Source: Takakia lepidozioides
Taxonomy: Eukaryota > Plantae > Bryophyta
Assembly (NCBI GenBank): GCA_030704615.1
Contig: CM060733.1
Location: forward strand, 67,952,001 to 68,016,000
Direction: 5' to 3'
Length of the DNA: 64,000 bases
Part shown: positions 11,204-24,072 of the stretch, one piece after another
Layout: every line of letters begins with the position of its first letter
How positions within the stretch are numbered: the stretch's first letter is position 1
Made by a program: the position numbers and the translations under genes
The notes under the pieces: model-generated
What the model saw: the letters and a program-made list of their open reading frames with translations, nothing else
The model's database searches: none
What the model was told of the DNA's origin: nothing

Positions 11204-14110
11204 TCATCTTGGCTGAGCATGCAGAACCACCTTCCAATTTCCCCCTCTTATTTTGTCATCGGAGAAGAAAACTTGTTCCATGTCTGAAAGCCATGAAAAA
11301 AGCTCATCGGAAGGACGATGAGTAGGGTTGAGTTTATCTGCATTGACGCGCATGAAGCCACAATCATCTTGCACTAGTGTTGCGGAGGGCCCCACAAGAT
11401 GTGGCTGGAACCACCTTCCCTTTAAGAGAAGAGGTCGGTACCTTGGATACTAAAGTTGGAGTATGCTCTTAAGCTCTCCAATGTACTCAAGTTTGTTCAT
11501 AGTAGATCGTGTATCTCCCTTGCCCCACACGGAGTCTTGCCAATATGTGGCACACAAGCCAGAATCAAAGGTTGTTTTGCGCTTCATATTAAGAGCACGA
11601 ATGCGAAAATAACGACCGTGAACCCAAACCGCCGTGTATGAGGTCGCGAATTGAGAGGGGCCCCTTGCAATGTCTTGCACCAAATCTGAAACCACCTCTC
11701 CTTGAGCAACGGCGTCATAAACTGAAGTCCGAAGCCACTGTTGGAATGAACTTAGAGGCTGCAATTCCATGGGCAAATTTTGTGAATGAACATTCTGGTG
11801 CCTCGTCGAGGGCATCTAGTAACCGGCCTTGGATGGTTCCGCCTCCATGCAAACGTCTCCTCTTCTCGTTGCTGAACAAGGTTATTGTATCTTGCCTCCC
11901 ACTCATGTATGGATGGAGTGTTTTTCAGTATGAAGTCATGCGCTTGCTCAATCACCAAGGTCGGTAATTTTACCCTCTTCGATGTCCTTGGTTTGTGCAT
12001 CCTCCTCTTCCTTCCACATCCGAGGGGCTTCCTCATCCACCCTTGCCATGTACTCCGTGCAATATAACATAGCTTCTTGCAACGTATACCCCTCCGCCAT
12101 GTTACCCTCCGAGTGCACCATTTGTCTTACAAATCCTTTCAAAGTCTTCATATAACGCTCAAGGAAGTACATCCACCTCTCTCTCTCTTCTTCTCCATCG
12201 ATGGCTCATAGGAAGAAACTTGCGGTAGTTGGGATACACCATCTTGTGAAGATGGCGGGAGTTGTGTGCATCAAGATCATCGCCACAATGCAAGCATGCA
12301 TGGTACCCTTTGGTGCTTAGCCCCGAGCAAACAGTTAGTCTTGTACTACACATCCCGCCACATTAGCAAAGACAAAAAGTTGTCATGTGCATGGCCCATA
12401 ATGTCATCCACCCCACTATGGTGTACAAGACTGTCGCCGCTACTTCAATCAATCCCAATCCTCATCGATATTATCCGGCATTGACAAGTGAATGTACGCG
12501 GGTTGTTCATGAGGAACATAAATATACCTGGATAATCATGCATTGTCCAAAGCAAGATGTCTCTCATCTGAAAAGATTGTCCGGCCATAGGGTCAAGTGA
12601 AGCATCCAATGTCGGGACCCCCCTCCATAGCTTCTTAAGTTCATCAACAAGAGGTCGCAAGTACGTGTCAATGTTTGCCACTTGTTTTTTATTTTTGAGA
12701 CATTCACATCATTATTTCAATGCTCCACCAATATGCAAATTATACTACAAAATAAATTACACGTCATACTCCATGATTATGTCACTCATCAATCTTGCAT
12801 CCGAATTGCGCCAGCGATCAGAAGTTTAATGTAAAGTCCAAGGCAATAATAAACATGAAATGAGAACATTCACCTAGTACAATGGCAGCCAACATGATAT
12901 GGCATTTTTTTTTTGAAAGATACGGAGGGATGTTATAATTCACCATGGTCACCGGCCAAGTGGAATGACTACATGACTGGACAGAGAATGGGTTGACCCC
13001 ATCCGAGGAGAAGCCGAGGTGGACATGTCGTAGGTCCTCCAAGAGAAAAGGTCACATCTCTTCAGTATGCCTCCATGCTTGTGAATCTTGTGGCCCGCAC
13101 ACCTTTTCCGGAGGGCTCCAATGCGAGGTGTGTCATCTCATTAGTCTGGCCAATTCGGGGCTTCGGTATTGTGCCCTCAATCGCGGGATGATTAGAAAGT
13201 AATGCATTTTCTAGGATGAAATACCCCACGTCCCCCACATGTAATCATCCCATTAGCACACATAATACAACACCTTTATGTCTTTCCCTTTATGCAGTCT
13301 CTCCCTCATTTGGGCGTGAATGGTCAAAACTGAACATCGCTCCTTCCAAAACCACAATCAGATTTTGCATGAGTACTACTCTCTAAACCCTAAACTTTGT
13401 GGAATACACTTTATATGCATTGAGAAAATTAAAGAAAGTAATTTCCATGCGAGGGGGAATGACGCTTATACCTTGCGTGGTACTTTTTTCCCTTGGACAT
13501 CATCCCGATATCGGTCTTTCTTGCACTTTGGGCACTTGGTGAGACGCGAATCCGCTCCGTAGTATAGGGTTTTATCACATGGACATGCATGAAAAATCTT
13601 ATAGCCCATCCCCACAGAGTCCAAGACTTCGCGCGCCTCTTTCTGCGACCGTGGCATCTTGGGTTTCAAATGTGGAGCAAGGATATAGTCCGCAATAGTT
13701 CACATTATGGCAGACATCCCAACATTACTTATGCCAAATCGAATTTGAAGATTGAGCAAAAGTAAGATTGTTGAAAGTCGATTCAATTTCGCCCCTTCGT
13801 GCAAGGGAGTTCTCGCCTCCCTCTCCAAGTCATTTGAGGGAGCCATTTTAGGATCATCGATTGGCCGAGTTCCTTCTCAATGGGATGCATCAGCGCCCAC
13901 ATGATGCATTAAGAGATCCTCCATGGCTTGCACATCCTCCTGGTTAATTCCATGCTCATTGTTGTTGTCACTGTCACTGTCACTGTCACCGTCATCATCG
14001 TCTGATACCGTGGGGGCGGCATCTCGCCCACGGCTCCCGCCTGATGTACTTGGGTTGTTTTCGGATGGGGTGCCAAGAGAAAAGACCGGGAAGGGAGGGA
14101 CAAAGTCCTG
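11204..14110 (-). pseudogene. CACTA Tnp2/TnpD transposase (Transposase_21, DUF4218-like), multi-exon, frameshifted and internally deleted
   Basis: IFHACPCDKTLY..CPKC..RY (13466-13669); LGFSSDGVNPF..STWPV..VNYNIPP (12818-13042); IDTYLRPLVDELKKLW..LLWTMHDYP; GLSTKGYHACLHC; MYFLERYMKTLKGFVR..EGNMAEGY; QVFFSDD...WKVV. Confidence 0.9.
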
Positions 14111-15171
14111 ATACGAACAAATGAACATACGGACATATATTATAATGTGTCATTGCAACCATACAACTTATTATAAGCGAAATGCAAACAACAACCTTCA
14201 ATGTGTGTATGCATCAAATATATCATTCAATAATTACATGTATGTGCGCAACGTCACGCATGCAACCAAACAAAATCATTTTCGTCCCCAAGGACGCGTT
14301 CACCCTATCAACCAATTTTTGTTTATTAATGTGAAAGAAAATCCTCTTATGCCATTGCACCCATGATGTGGCTCAAGCTTCACTTTTTCCCACATGTGCT
14401 TAAATATGTGTGCAACACTTGTGCAAAGATCCAGTAGAAAAAAAAAACATTTGCCTCCCCAACGACGCAATCACCTTTGCACCAATTTTGAATTAAATTG
14501 AATTTAAATGAATTTAAAATAAATATTTGTATTTAGAAAATATATAATTGTGGTTTTGAGGGGCGTAATGATTTTATTTTTGGCTCTATTTTGTCATGTG
14601 ACGGCGGGCTTTGCACCACTACATCCACGCAAAACATTGGACCAAAAAAAATGGAAAAATAAAAAATTAAAAATAAATTTCTAGGATCACTTTTGCAAAA
14701 CTCTTTATGAAGAGTGCATGAAGTTGAAGATAACTCAACTTTGGAGTGCAAATGAGAGAACAAAATATGGTTCTGGGTCCAAATGACTTTTGTTTATTCC
14801 CAAATTTTTCACGCACATTGCATGTGCTATCATTAAGTATATGGCTTGAAAATGGAATTAAAAAAAATCATGTGCAGACGAAACGCAATTTTCCGTCTCT
14901 ACGACACGTAGTTGCGTTCAACACTAGAATGACCCATTGAATGAACTTGGTTCAAGCTCATATTTGGTCCACATGTGCATAAGTATGTTTGGATCACATG
15001 TGCAAAGTTGCAACCCACACAAGCAACAAGAAAAATATTTACATCAATCGATTAATCGGATGTATACAAAGTACATCGTGAGAATATCTACAATGCCCAT
15101 CTACGTGATCCCTGTCTCAAATGAACCCTATTTCTATCATACACATCCTACTCACGCTGTAATCGGAGGTC

Positions 15172-15979
15172 CCAATCATCCCGGGAGAACTCGTATGATG
15201 CAAATAGCTCGCTGCCAGCCCTAATAGTCCTACTAGCATATGTCATCACAAACATGTGCATCGCCTCACAGTATACCGACGTATAACCACAAAAGCTCTC
15301 ATGCCCATTGCTTCGCTCGTCTCATACTACATTGGTTCTCCTAGGATGACCAAAAGAATTGTTGACCAGCCCAGCAACATTGCCGAAGATATCGGGGTCA
15401 CCATCACAAAATCTGATCTCAATGGGAGACAGCCCCCGTCTACGTACATCCTGTCCGTTGACACACAAAATGTAGGGTAGGATGTATGGGGCTTCAAGGC
15501 GTAATGTACGGAACTCCCCGGAGGTGTAGTATGGACTGTAGTAGGGAAACAAGTCTACCATGCTGCTTCTCCAAGGAGGAACCACAATATCATTGACCGT
15601 GAATAAACCCCGACCCATAGCAGGTAGCGACTCTCACAACATACCGTCTCCCCCAATACTTGAACTCCACATTCTCTCGGATGGGGGTAGGAGGGTCGAG
15701 ATGATTCCCCCAACAACGAGGCTGGACGGTCCTCAGTAACATAGTCCTATGCGCTTCCCATCGGGGGCAAGGATCCGGCTCAGGCCGCCCAAGCCGAAGG
15801 GAAGGAAACCTAGGGCGAAGCCGACCCCTCCTAGGGGTTCGGAGGACACAAGCCGGGGGTACAACGTCCGGATCAGATACTACTGGAGGTGGATCAGGCA
15901 AAGAAACAGATGGGGGGGGAGGCCCACAATCGGCCTGCAAGCTGCATGTACGGTGCGGAGAATCATCAGATGAGGACAC
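15172..15979 (-). pseudogene. SET-domain (lysine methyltransferase-like) ORF inside the CACTA element; one frameshift and one premature stop
   Basis: RVATC/MGRGLFTVNDI (frameshift near 15619); DGDPDIFGNVAGLVNNS..HP..N. Reading through the TGA at 15322-15324 gives YASRTIRAGSELFASYEF (15240-15187), matching the SET motifs GxGLF..DI, D...GN.ARFINHS..PN and A.RDI..GEEL..DY. Confidence 0.75.
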
Positions 15980-16354
15980 TGGATCAGGGGGACCGCCTGA
16001 GGAAACCGGAGGGGGGGGGGGGGGGGGGGGGCCTGCTCATCGCCGGCCATAACGCCTACGACACCTACGATACCCCTCGACCCTACGCATCTCATCTACG
16101 TGGTGTTGGGGGAACCAACTGGTCACATCGGGCACATGCTCTGGCACAAATTCTGCAAGCAGACCGGCGCGAAATGCCTCATGTGCAATGTGATTGCGAG
16201 CTTGGGCATCAAGTCGTGGCTGCAATATGCGTAGTGTACGACGCATCAATACTTATGTCGTAATTTGGATTCATGTATGCTTACCAATCATACTATATTA
16301 TTAGATAAACCAAATGTAATATAAATGAATGTTACTGAGAGGGGTGGGAAAAAC

Positions 16355-16540
16355 ACTCACCTTTACCGCATCCGCAATCCTGTTCTTCTTGTAATGTTTT
16401 TCGACAACATGCGGTCGCCGCCTCGGTGGTCTGGTGCCGCCCGGCGGTATCCGTTCCCAACACTTCGTGCACCAACACTCAATCCTGTCGGGGGGGCCAA
16501 AGGTGGACGTGGGTGGACGGGGTGGCCCGCGAGGGGGCAA
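16355..16540 (-). pseudogene. Possible transposase-associated Cys/His N-terminal exon of the CACTA transposase
   Basis: IECWCTKC...VVEKHYKKN resembles the I.CPC..C...V..HL motif at the N-terminus of CACTA Tnp2; followed by a GT donor-like site. Confidence 0.4.
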
Positions 16541-17027
16541 CCCGCGGCGTGCCCGATTCGATCCCGGAGTGTCAACATCCTCCGCATCACCTGAAATTTG
16601 GCCTCGATCCTTTCTACGATTGTGCCCGGCAGCCTGTATTGGATCATGTGCAATGGGTGGCTCATCACCACGAAAAACGGTCGCTCTAGGGCCACAATCG
16701 ATATGTGGTACTACCTCCCCATCCTCGAGGGAGACGAGTCGATGTTTCCTCTTTCATTTCTCAAAAACCGTTGGCGAAAAAACCCTATGCCTCAGCCTCA
16801 GGACTTTTAAAATTGGTAAACAAAGGCCTATGTTGCTAGAGAGCCCAAGACAATAAATCCTTCCTCACGTTCTATCTTCAGGATGCCCACACCATGGAAA
16901 ATTTTACTGAGACCCAGCGCTTTGCGCTTATAAGATTGAACCACATTTTAGATATGTGAATCCTAATTACACCGTTTATCTTTTCAACCCCAAGACCCAC
17001 AACCAAAACCGCCAATCCAAAACCCAG

Positions 17028-17400
17028 CACCATAAAGAAAAACAAACTCCCTAACCCAGTACCATATGAAAAAAAACAAAAAACAAAACAAAAACTAAGA
17101 ACCCCAAAAGGCCCTAAACCCTAAACCCAAAAAGGCCGGCCGTCGCCGCCTGCAACACCCTCCCATCGCATTTTGCGCCGCGTTTTTTCAAATTTTCACG
17201 CCGGGGGTCGCACGCCGCGACGGAGGGTCGCACGCCGCGACGGAAAGTCGTCGTGGGCGGCGATGTTTTTTTTTAATATGAAGAGCCGAGGGTCGCAAGC
17301 AGTGACGGCCCGCCGTCACAAATACCATTTTTACATTTCAAAAAAAGGGCGGGGCGCAGGCGTGCAACGGCCGGTCGTCGCACGTAGGCGCCGCGCCCTT
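17028..17400. repeat. Right subterminal inverted repeat of the CACTA element
   Basis: CACCATAAAGAAAAACAAAC...CCAGTACCATAT...GGCCCTAAA is the reverse complement of 10520-10620; GTCGC repeats follow. Confidence 0.8.
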
Positions 17401-18014
17401 TTTGTTTTCCTAAATGCTTGAAGCACCTCCTTCCCCTCCCGTTTTTGTTTGTTCTTTGGGAGAGAGGGAGTTCAGAGAGTGGGGTTTAGGATGGATGAGA
17501 AACGCACCTGCTGTTGAGCCCGAGGTGGTCGCAAGGCCCCAAGGAGTTCGCCCCAACGCCGCTCCAACGCCCAAGGTAAGCACCGCCTCCTCCCTCACTT
17601 TCTCTCTTGCTCTCTTGCCCTAAGCACGGGCTGAACTCTCTCTCCCATGTGTGGTAGAAACGCCATGCAGAGGTGGGATCTAAACGAGCTAAAGAGAGCG
17701 AGAGAGCCATGGTGACGGGGGAGAGAGGCCCTGCAGCGGCGGGACCCGCGCCGTTGGCAGTCGCGACAGCACGGCAGTAGCGCGCTTGAAACACCAGCAC
17801 CAGCACCAGCCGCAGCAACAAAGGTAGATCAGGGTGGGGAGATGGACTATGGCTCTGTCTTGTCATGTGGGATCAAGGGAAAGATGTCGAGAGTTGTCCA
17901 TAACTTGTATGTCACACCAAAAGTGAGAGAGAGAGAAGGAGAGAGAGGAAGAGATGACGAAACAAAACAAAAAAGAAAAGGTGGGGGGGGGGGGGGGGGG
18001 GGGGGGGGTGATTG

Positions 18015-18563
18015 AGCAAAAGGGGCTGGGCTTTTGGCTCAGCCTCGAGACTTTCAAAGTTGGTAAACATAGGTATATGCATAATTCCCTTGATAGATTT
18101 GAAGAGAGCGTCTCTTTGGTGAGAGAACCCCGGACATCAGAAAATGAATATTGTCTTCAGGTTGCCCACACAACGGGCAATTGCACTCTCCCTTTCCTCT
18201 CTGCTTCTGTTTACTGTTCAAAGGTAGGCTTCCTGCCCTGAGTTTAAATTTCAGTCTGATGCCAAGAGTGGGATAGACCCTTGAGCACATCCATGATGTC
18301 CTCCCCCATGTCACAAACTAGAAACAGGTTCAGGGAAGTTTTCTTCCTAACTTCATTTCATCGGACAATTTTCTGGTAACAGACATGGCTTTGGACACTA
18401 CACTCTCTAAGTCAGATTTATCCAACAAGGTCAAGACTTGCGGGTCCAGATTCAGATCCTTGAGAATCTCTTCTACTCTCTTCTGCCAGGGTATAGCCTG
18501 CTTGACATGGCGGTCCTGTTTCCAAGATATAGAGTCGATTAACTTAGGATATCTGGTGTTGGA
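18015..18563 (-). mobile_element. Non-LTR retrotransposon (LINE) ORF2 C-terminal fragment, same family as 56514-60162
   Basis: RLKFKLRAGSLPLN..CNCPLCGQPEDNIHF (CCHC knuckle); nucleotide similarity to 56720-57310. Confidence 0.85.
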
Positions 18564-18739
18564 GAGGGAGAGATCACCCATCTGGGGGAAATAAAATAAA
18601 AATAAAAATAAAAAAATGACCGAGTAGCTGCTGCTCCCCCCCCTCCCCACATTCTTTTTTTTCCTTTGTTGCCCCCTCTCTCCCTCTGTCTCCCTCCATC
18701 CTTGGAATTGGCCGGTTTTATCAGTGTTAATTTCCTGTG

Positions 18740-19365
18740 TTTTCATCCATACCGGATGGACTCTGGCAGTTTTTTCACCCGTCCTATAATGATTTTTTAT
18801 CCATACCGGATGAACTACCAGGGTGGACACTGAATTACCTCTAAGATGAGTCTCTGATTTTTCATTCCACTTTTTATTGACTTTCATCCATACCGGATGA
18901 GTCACCAGAGAATGAGGAATTACCTCTGTGGGGGTTGCCACTACCATCCTATTTTTCCATCCATACCGGATGGATATTAATTTTTTCATTCCTCTTTTAT
19001 TGCTTTTTTTATCCGTACCGGATGAGGCATTTTTGGGATGTGGAATTACCTGTAAGGATCTATTTAACTCGATACAGCCAAAACTAGCGGTCCCGATGTT
19101 ATTATTTTCACTCTTAAATCGGGAGCGTTGGAGTCCATAAGCCTTGGATGTTATTTCCTGTTTTTTCATCCTATTGCTGATTTTTTCCAACGGATGAACT
19201 CAATTAATTTTTTTCATCTGAACCGGATGAAGTGTACAGCTTTTGATGGCCCTAGACTGATATTAATTACCCCTAATACCGGATGGACTCTGGCAGTTTT
19301 TTCACCCGCCCTATAACAATTTTTCATCCATACCGGATGAACTACTAGGGTGGACACTGAATCAC
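18740..19365. repeat. Dispersed TTCATCCATACCGGATGAA quasi-palindromes (about 9) with a ~90-bp duplication (18749-18835 vs 19277-19362); likely DNA-transposon subterminal remnant
   Basis: Motif read directly at about 18743, 18797, 18883, 18955, 19009, 19184, 19212, 19277, 19322. Confidence 0.75.
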
Positions 19366-19699
19366 AGAAAACAACAGCAGGCTGGTAGAATTCAGTACTG
19401 CATTGTTTATGATAGGTCCATCCAAAGACAATCTCATCAACAGGAGAGCAAGGTCATGTCGGCCATGAGCCACCAAAACTTCCTTAATCATGTTTTTAGG
19501 GCTTATCTATTTCATACCTCGGTTGGGGTATAACATATGTATGAATCCCAAGGGGGTAGGCTTCGCCGCATGAGTGATGAATTTCCTGCCATGGGCGTGG
19601 GTTTCAATCAGCCTGCAACCGTCCTCCAGTATGTTAAGAGTCGGAGAATCCTCCAGAACTTCAGAATCCAGCCCTTGCATAGTGGCAAATGAGTGGCTG

Positions 19700-20093
19700 C
19701 TGCCCTTGTGCCTCTAGTGCCTCTAGTGATGGAGACATAGTCGGGTGACCAGTACATCCTCCACTCCTCGATCTCAACATCGTGCCCCCGCCTAAACTCA
19801 TGGTAATCATCCATGGGCGGCCCTTCAAGGTGCTGAAACAGCCCCTTCCATGCCATGAAAGGCGTAAACAGTTGTGGATTGTGCATTTGCTGCAAGTCAC
19901 ACCAACTATCAAACTCTTGGATAAAATCATCCAACTCAATGGTGCCCACCGCCCCAGAGTACCTACGTGGCCCCTTAGTGGCTCCATACATCTCCTCCAT
20001 TGTGTCCCACAACAATGGTAAGGAAACAACTTGCACCGCCGGTGTGAGTCCTCCTGATTCACAATCCGAATCAGAACCTTCCGTAGAAGACAA
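19700..20093 (-). pseudogene. Ty3/Gypsy gag N-terminal fragment
   Basis: RYSG...ELDDFIQEFDSWCDL...LFQHLEGPPMDDY resembles the gag capsid N-terminal helices; may be the missing 5' part of the gag at 22278. Confidence 0.55.
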
Positions 20094-21658
20094 GGTTGGA
20101 GGAAAAAAAGAGGGTGTTGGGATGAGAGCGTGCTGGGGATAGACATTGCTTTAGTTTCCCTTCCTCGTAGCTTTCCACCTTCTCTGTAGGCCGAGACCTT
20201 TCCGTAGGTGGAGGCAAGAGTCAATCCGGGTTTGGGCTGGGTTGCAGGAGCGACACTGTGGAGAGATTTTCGGTGTGGGGGAGTTGTTGTTTTCATTCTT
20301 GTGTTTGGATCCCCTCTACACCTGCATGCTTGATTGTGCGCCATGCTAGTTTTGTGTGGGCGCTTGATTTTATAGGTGGTTGACTCGGGCTTGATCGCCG
20401 ATCCAACCCTAGAGCATGCTATCGATGGTGAGGCTGGGTTGATGACCAGTCAGACCATCTTTGTTTCTCCTGTGGTGAGGTTGGAGGTGATGACCAACCA
20501 ACCATGGGAGTGCCTGCGGTGGATGCAGGTGCAGGTGCAGGCTATGTTAGGAACCTAGTATTCCAAACCATAAGCCGCATCAGGTTCTCTACCCGGATAC
20601 CTTGTGGAGAGGGGGTTAGAGACATGTTCATGACCGGTTGAGTGTCAGTTTGTCAACACGGAGGTGCCACTAGTTGTTGGGGAAAGTGCCGGTACGAGCA
20701 CTAGTGATACTAGCGGGTATACGAGACGGGGTGTGTTGAGTGCCTTGGGCACTCAAGGGTGCTTCAACCCCCATACCTATTGTTGCCACTGCCCCCACCA
20801 CAGGGGCAGCCCCTCTTGTGTCCCGACCCCCTGCCCTCAAGGCAAAGGGCCGCGACACACACCCCTACCAACAGGGAGTCGATGTCCTCATCGACTTGAC
20901 CATTTGTAGAAACTAACATCCAAGTTGTGGCATCCCACATCAAGGAGTTTGTTTCCGTACCATGGCATCCCATGGCAAAGAACCAAACCCCCACTGGACT
21001 CTACTCTCCACTAGCTAGTTCGACCAACTTCCTCCAAGTCCCGGCCAAGGGTGGAGCCTCTCCAGCTCCACCCAGTGCACTCTTCTTGGCCCACTTCAAG
21101 GCCAAGGAACGATCCTCCCCGAGGATCGAATTCTTACTGCAACAACATAGCTTGCGATTGCTCAATCCCCTTTTGACTAGGAAGATAACCTTGAACCAAC
21201 CGTGCGCCCCAATCACTACAATTGGGTCCGCCTTGGAATGCTGGCATGAGGTACGGGAACACGCCGAAGCCGCACTACGACTTCGTCCCGAGGTTACACG
21301 ATTATAGTACGTGAACGGAAGCACGTAGCTTCCGCGTTAGCCCGCATTGCAAGACAACCCCCTCGATAGTGCAGTTATAGTACGGGCACGCGCCAGGTGC
21401 GTACTAGCACGTGAACTCCCAAAGAAGGTGCAAGTTTCCTTGCCCCTTGGATGGGAGTCACCCGACTTTGGCACTGTGCAAACACACGATTAATTCAATT
21501 TACCTCTCCTACTTTTATAAGCTAGCATGCATTCTACACACTAGCCAACCATACCATGCATCACCATTCCAAACAAAATATGAAGCACAACATTTGGAAA
21601 CCATTTCATTTATAAACAAAATTTGTACAACACAAGTTTTTGCAATCGGATTCCTGAG

Positions 21659-22280
21659 CTAGCTAAGCCGGACTAAGCATGCATTTCCTCCCCCACGATC
21701 CAAGGTTGATGTCCCCATCAACGCTTCTTCCGCCTCGGATGCGTTTCCCATTTCTGAAGTACGCACCCAAGTTGTCTCCACTTGATGATAGCACTTCCAT
21801 TTCACGAGATACTTCGTTTCTTGATTCTTGAACCTCCTCGACTTAAGCACTGCCTCCACCTTGTACTCAGGTTCATTTTCATGATCCAACAGCACAGGTG
21901 GCGGACGCAACACTTGATGCCGATTCGGATACGCTTCATCTTTGAAGTAAGGCTTCAAAAGGAAAATGTGGAATACTGGATGCACCTTGCTGTTTTCCGG
22001 CAGCTCCAATTCATACACATCCTCATTCATAACCTTCCGGATGTGAAAGGGCCCCGCATACGGAGGTTTGAACTTTGGACTCACTTCCGGAGGTAGTCAA
22101 AAATTCTTGATGTTCAACCAGACCTCCGTGCTTGCCTCAAACTTAACTTCCCTCCGCTTCCGAATCGTCCCCATTTTCTTCCAAAGTCTCTCCAAAATTT
22201 ACTTGTAAACGTTGGATCGCGGTCCGAGACAATATCCTTCGGGAGTCCATGATGCTTGAAGACGTGGGTGAAGTAAAGTG
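21659..22280 (-). mobile_element. Chromovirus (Ty3/Gypsy) integrase fragment with GPF motif and C-terminal chromodomain, followed by a PPT
   Basis: [20 protein letters not shown]; PYAGPF..VYELELP..VHPVFHI.LLKPY; EYKVEAVL..YLVKWK.Y...TW; purine tract GGGGGAGGAAA then TG near 21683 on the minus strand. Confidence 0.9.
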
Positions 22281-23060
22281 GCCCCGTCAGCTGCACCAGC
22301 AGCAGCAGCTACAACAGCAGCTTCCACGAGCAGTAGTGGGACTAGTGGTACAGCAACTACGACATCCATCCAAGCTACTGCTGCACCAGCACCAGTGTCG
22401 GTGCCTACCTTCAACCCTGTTGTGGAGTTCTTCGAAGAGTTGAGAAGGAACTACCAAGGGGTGACGACAGAGAAGTTGAGGAGTTTGCAAGAGTTCCAAC
22501 AAAAGCCTACTGAGAGCTTGAGGGAGGCTTTCACTCGCATGAGGCGCTGATAAATGTAACCCAAGGGGTTGCAGAAGCTCAGGCAGTCCAGTTCTGGTAC
22601 GGGATATTGGACAAGGAGCTGAGGAGAAGGGTGCGGGATGCAACTCTCCTACAAACGGCTTAACCCACCTGGTAGAGCGGATAGAGCTCAACATGGTGGA
22701 GGAACGAGTGGTCATGGTGGGATTTGCTAAGGAGGCACCACGGGGTAGTGGTGCTCATAACCAGCCACTACCTCAACGTGCTCAAGGCAACATGAGGGCT
22801 TAGGTGAAGCCCAGGGAAGGGCAGAGAGGACCTCAGATGCAGGGGTCTCTCCCTTCATTTGCAAGCCAACAACGGGCGGATGTGGTGTGCTGGACATGTG
22901 GATGACCCCATGTCAAGAAGGATTGCCCAGAAGGAGGCAATGGTTTGGCACCGGCACAGCTTGCACAGTTGCAGTGTGGGCATTGTGGCAAGTACGGGCA
23001 TGGAGAAGCCCAGTGCTATGGTTTGCATCCTGAGTTGCGCCCAGGCTAGTTCCAAGGAAA
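22278..23060 (+). pseudogene. gag: gag C-terminal part with two CCHC zinc knuckles
   Basis: FFEELRRNYQG..L..FQQKPTESLREAF.RM; CWTCG*PHVKKDCP at about 22886; CGHCGKYGHGEAQC at about 22975. Confidence 0.8.
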
Positions 23061-23307
23061 CAATGGTGGCCGGGGGCGAGGTGGAGCAGCCCAGAGAGGA
23101 CGAGGTGGCCAGCCAGAGGTGCAGGCCAAGGGCAAGCTTAACATGGCCAGGGACGCGGAGGTCAGGGTGGTGACCAAGGCATGGCTTCAGCAGCTAGAGC
23201 AGAGGCTCGCTGCCATGGCCACAGCTCAGGTGGTACCGGCTCCAAGGCCGGATGGTCCACCTCCTGCTCCTGAGGGAGGAGACTTGGGAGGCATGGGATT
23301 CATGTGC

Positions 23308-23485
23308 GGGGCAACACTACCACTAGTGAGGGGTACCACTACCACTACCACTATGGGTGGGGCAACACTGCCACTAGTGAGGGGTGCCCCTACCACTACC
23401 ACTGTGGGTGGGGCACCACTACCACTAGTGCCGGGCAGCACTACCACTACCACTATGTGCGGGGCAGGACTACCACTAGTGCAAG
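23308..23485 (+). repeat. 51-bp in-frame tandem repeat (about 3.5 copies; GATLPLVRGTTTTTTMG) in the gag-protease linker
   Basis: Units start at 23308, 23359, 23410, 23461. Confidence 0.85.
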
Positions 23486-24072
23486 TGGAGTCAGCTGCGG
23501 TAGTGACTCGAGGAGCAGCACGAGTTCCTGAGCCACGGGGTGCGGAGGTGGAGTTGGATCCACAATGTGGGGAGGCAAGCCGTCAGGCCAGGCTTCCTCA
23601 GTCATTCACATCGGCAGAGACATTGTTGACGCAGTCCATGGCCCCTAGTTCTCGCCCGACTGTTACCGAGGCGGAGGTTACTATGCCATTGGGGAGAGCT
23701 ACACGGGCAGCACCACTACCTAGTGTTGCCAAGGCTACGGCAGCTAGTGTGCTGCTGGGGGCGGCCACAGCTGTGTGTCAGGCTCCATTGTTCTCGGCTA
23801 CCATGATTGTGACGCCGGGGGTAAGACTAGCTGAGGTGTTCAGGCTGGCAGCCACACTCTGTGAGAGTGGGGAGGTTACTTCATCTTCTGCGGAGATAGT
23901 GGGAGGTGTAGTGCCGGAGGGATTCTCGGATGTGAGGGTCAAGACTGCCACGGCGGCGCCATGGCAAGCTGCAGCTGCCAGGTTGGTGGAGCTGCCAGCT
24001 AGGCCAGCCATTGAGCGTGCCATGGTGACACCTGGAGTTGTCATGTTAGACAATTAGGATAGCATTTTCTGT

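Larger units (their letters stand above)
10034..17400 (-). mobile_element. CACTA (En/Spm) DNA transposon, decayed; right terminal TAGTG not found
   Basis: Begins CACTACAGCAAAT at 10034, followed by GCGAC..GTCGC subterminal repeats. 10520-10620 is the reverse complement of ~17028-17130. Internal Tnp2 fragments. Confidence 0.88.

Noticed and set aside
17110-17130. Interstitial telomere (CCCTAAA x2)
   Set aside because: Only two units, part of the CACTA subterminal inverted repeat.
15990-18010. Poly-G runs (~16012-16031, ~17983-18008) as functional G-quadruplexes
   Set aside because: Simple homopolymers prone to sequencing error; no supporting context.
18330-19190. 286-aa ORF with HPVWMK repeats as a real protein
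   Set aside because: A chance read-through of DNA palindromic repeats into a LINE fragment.
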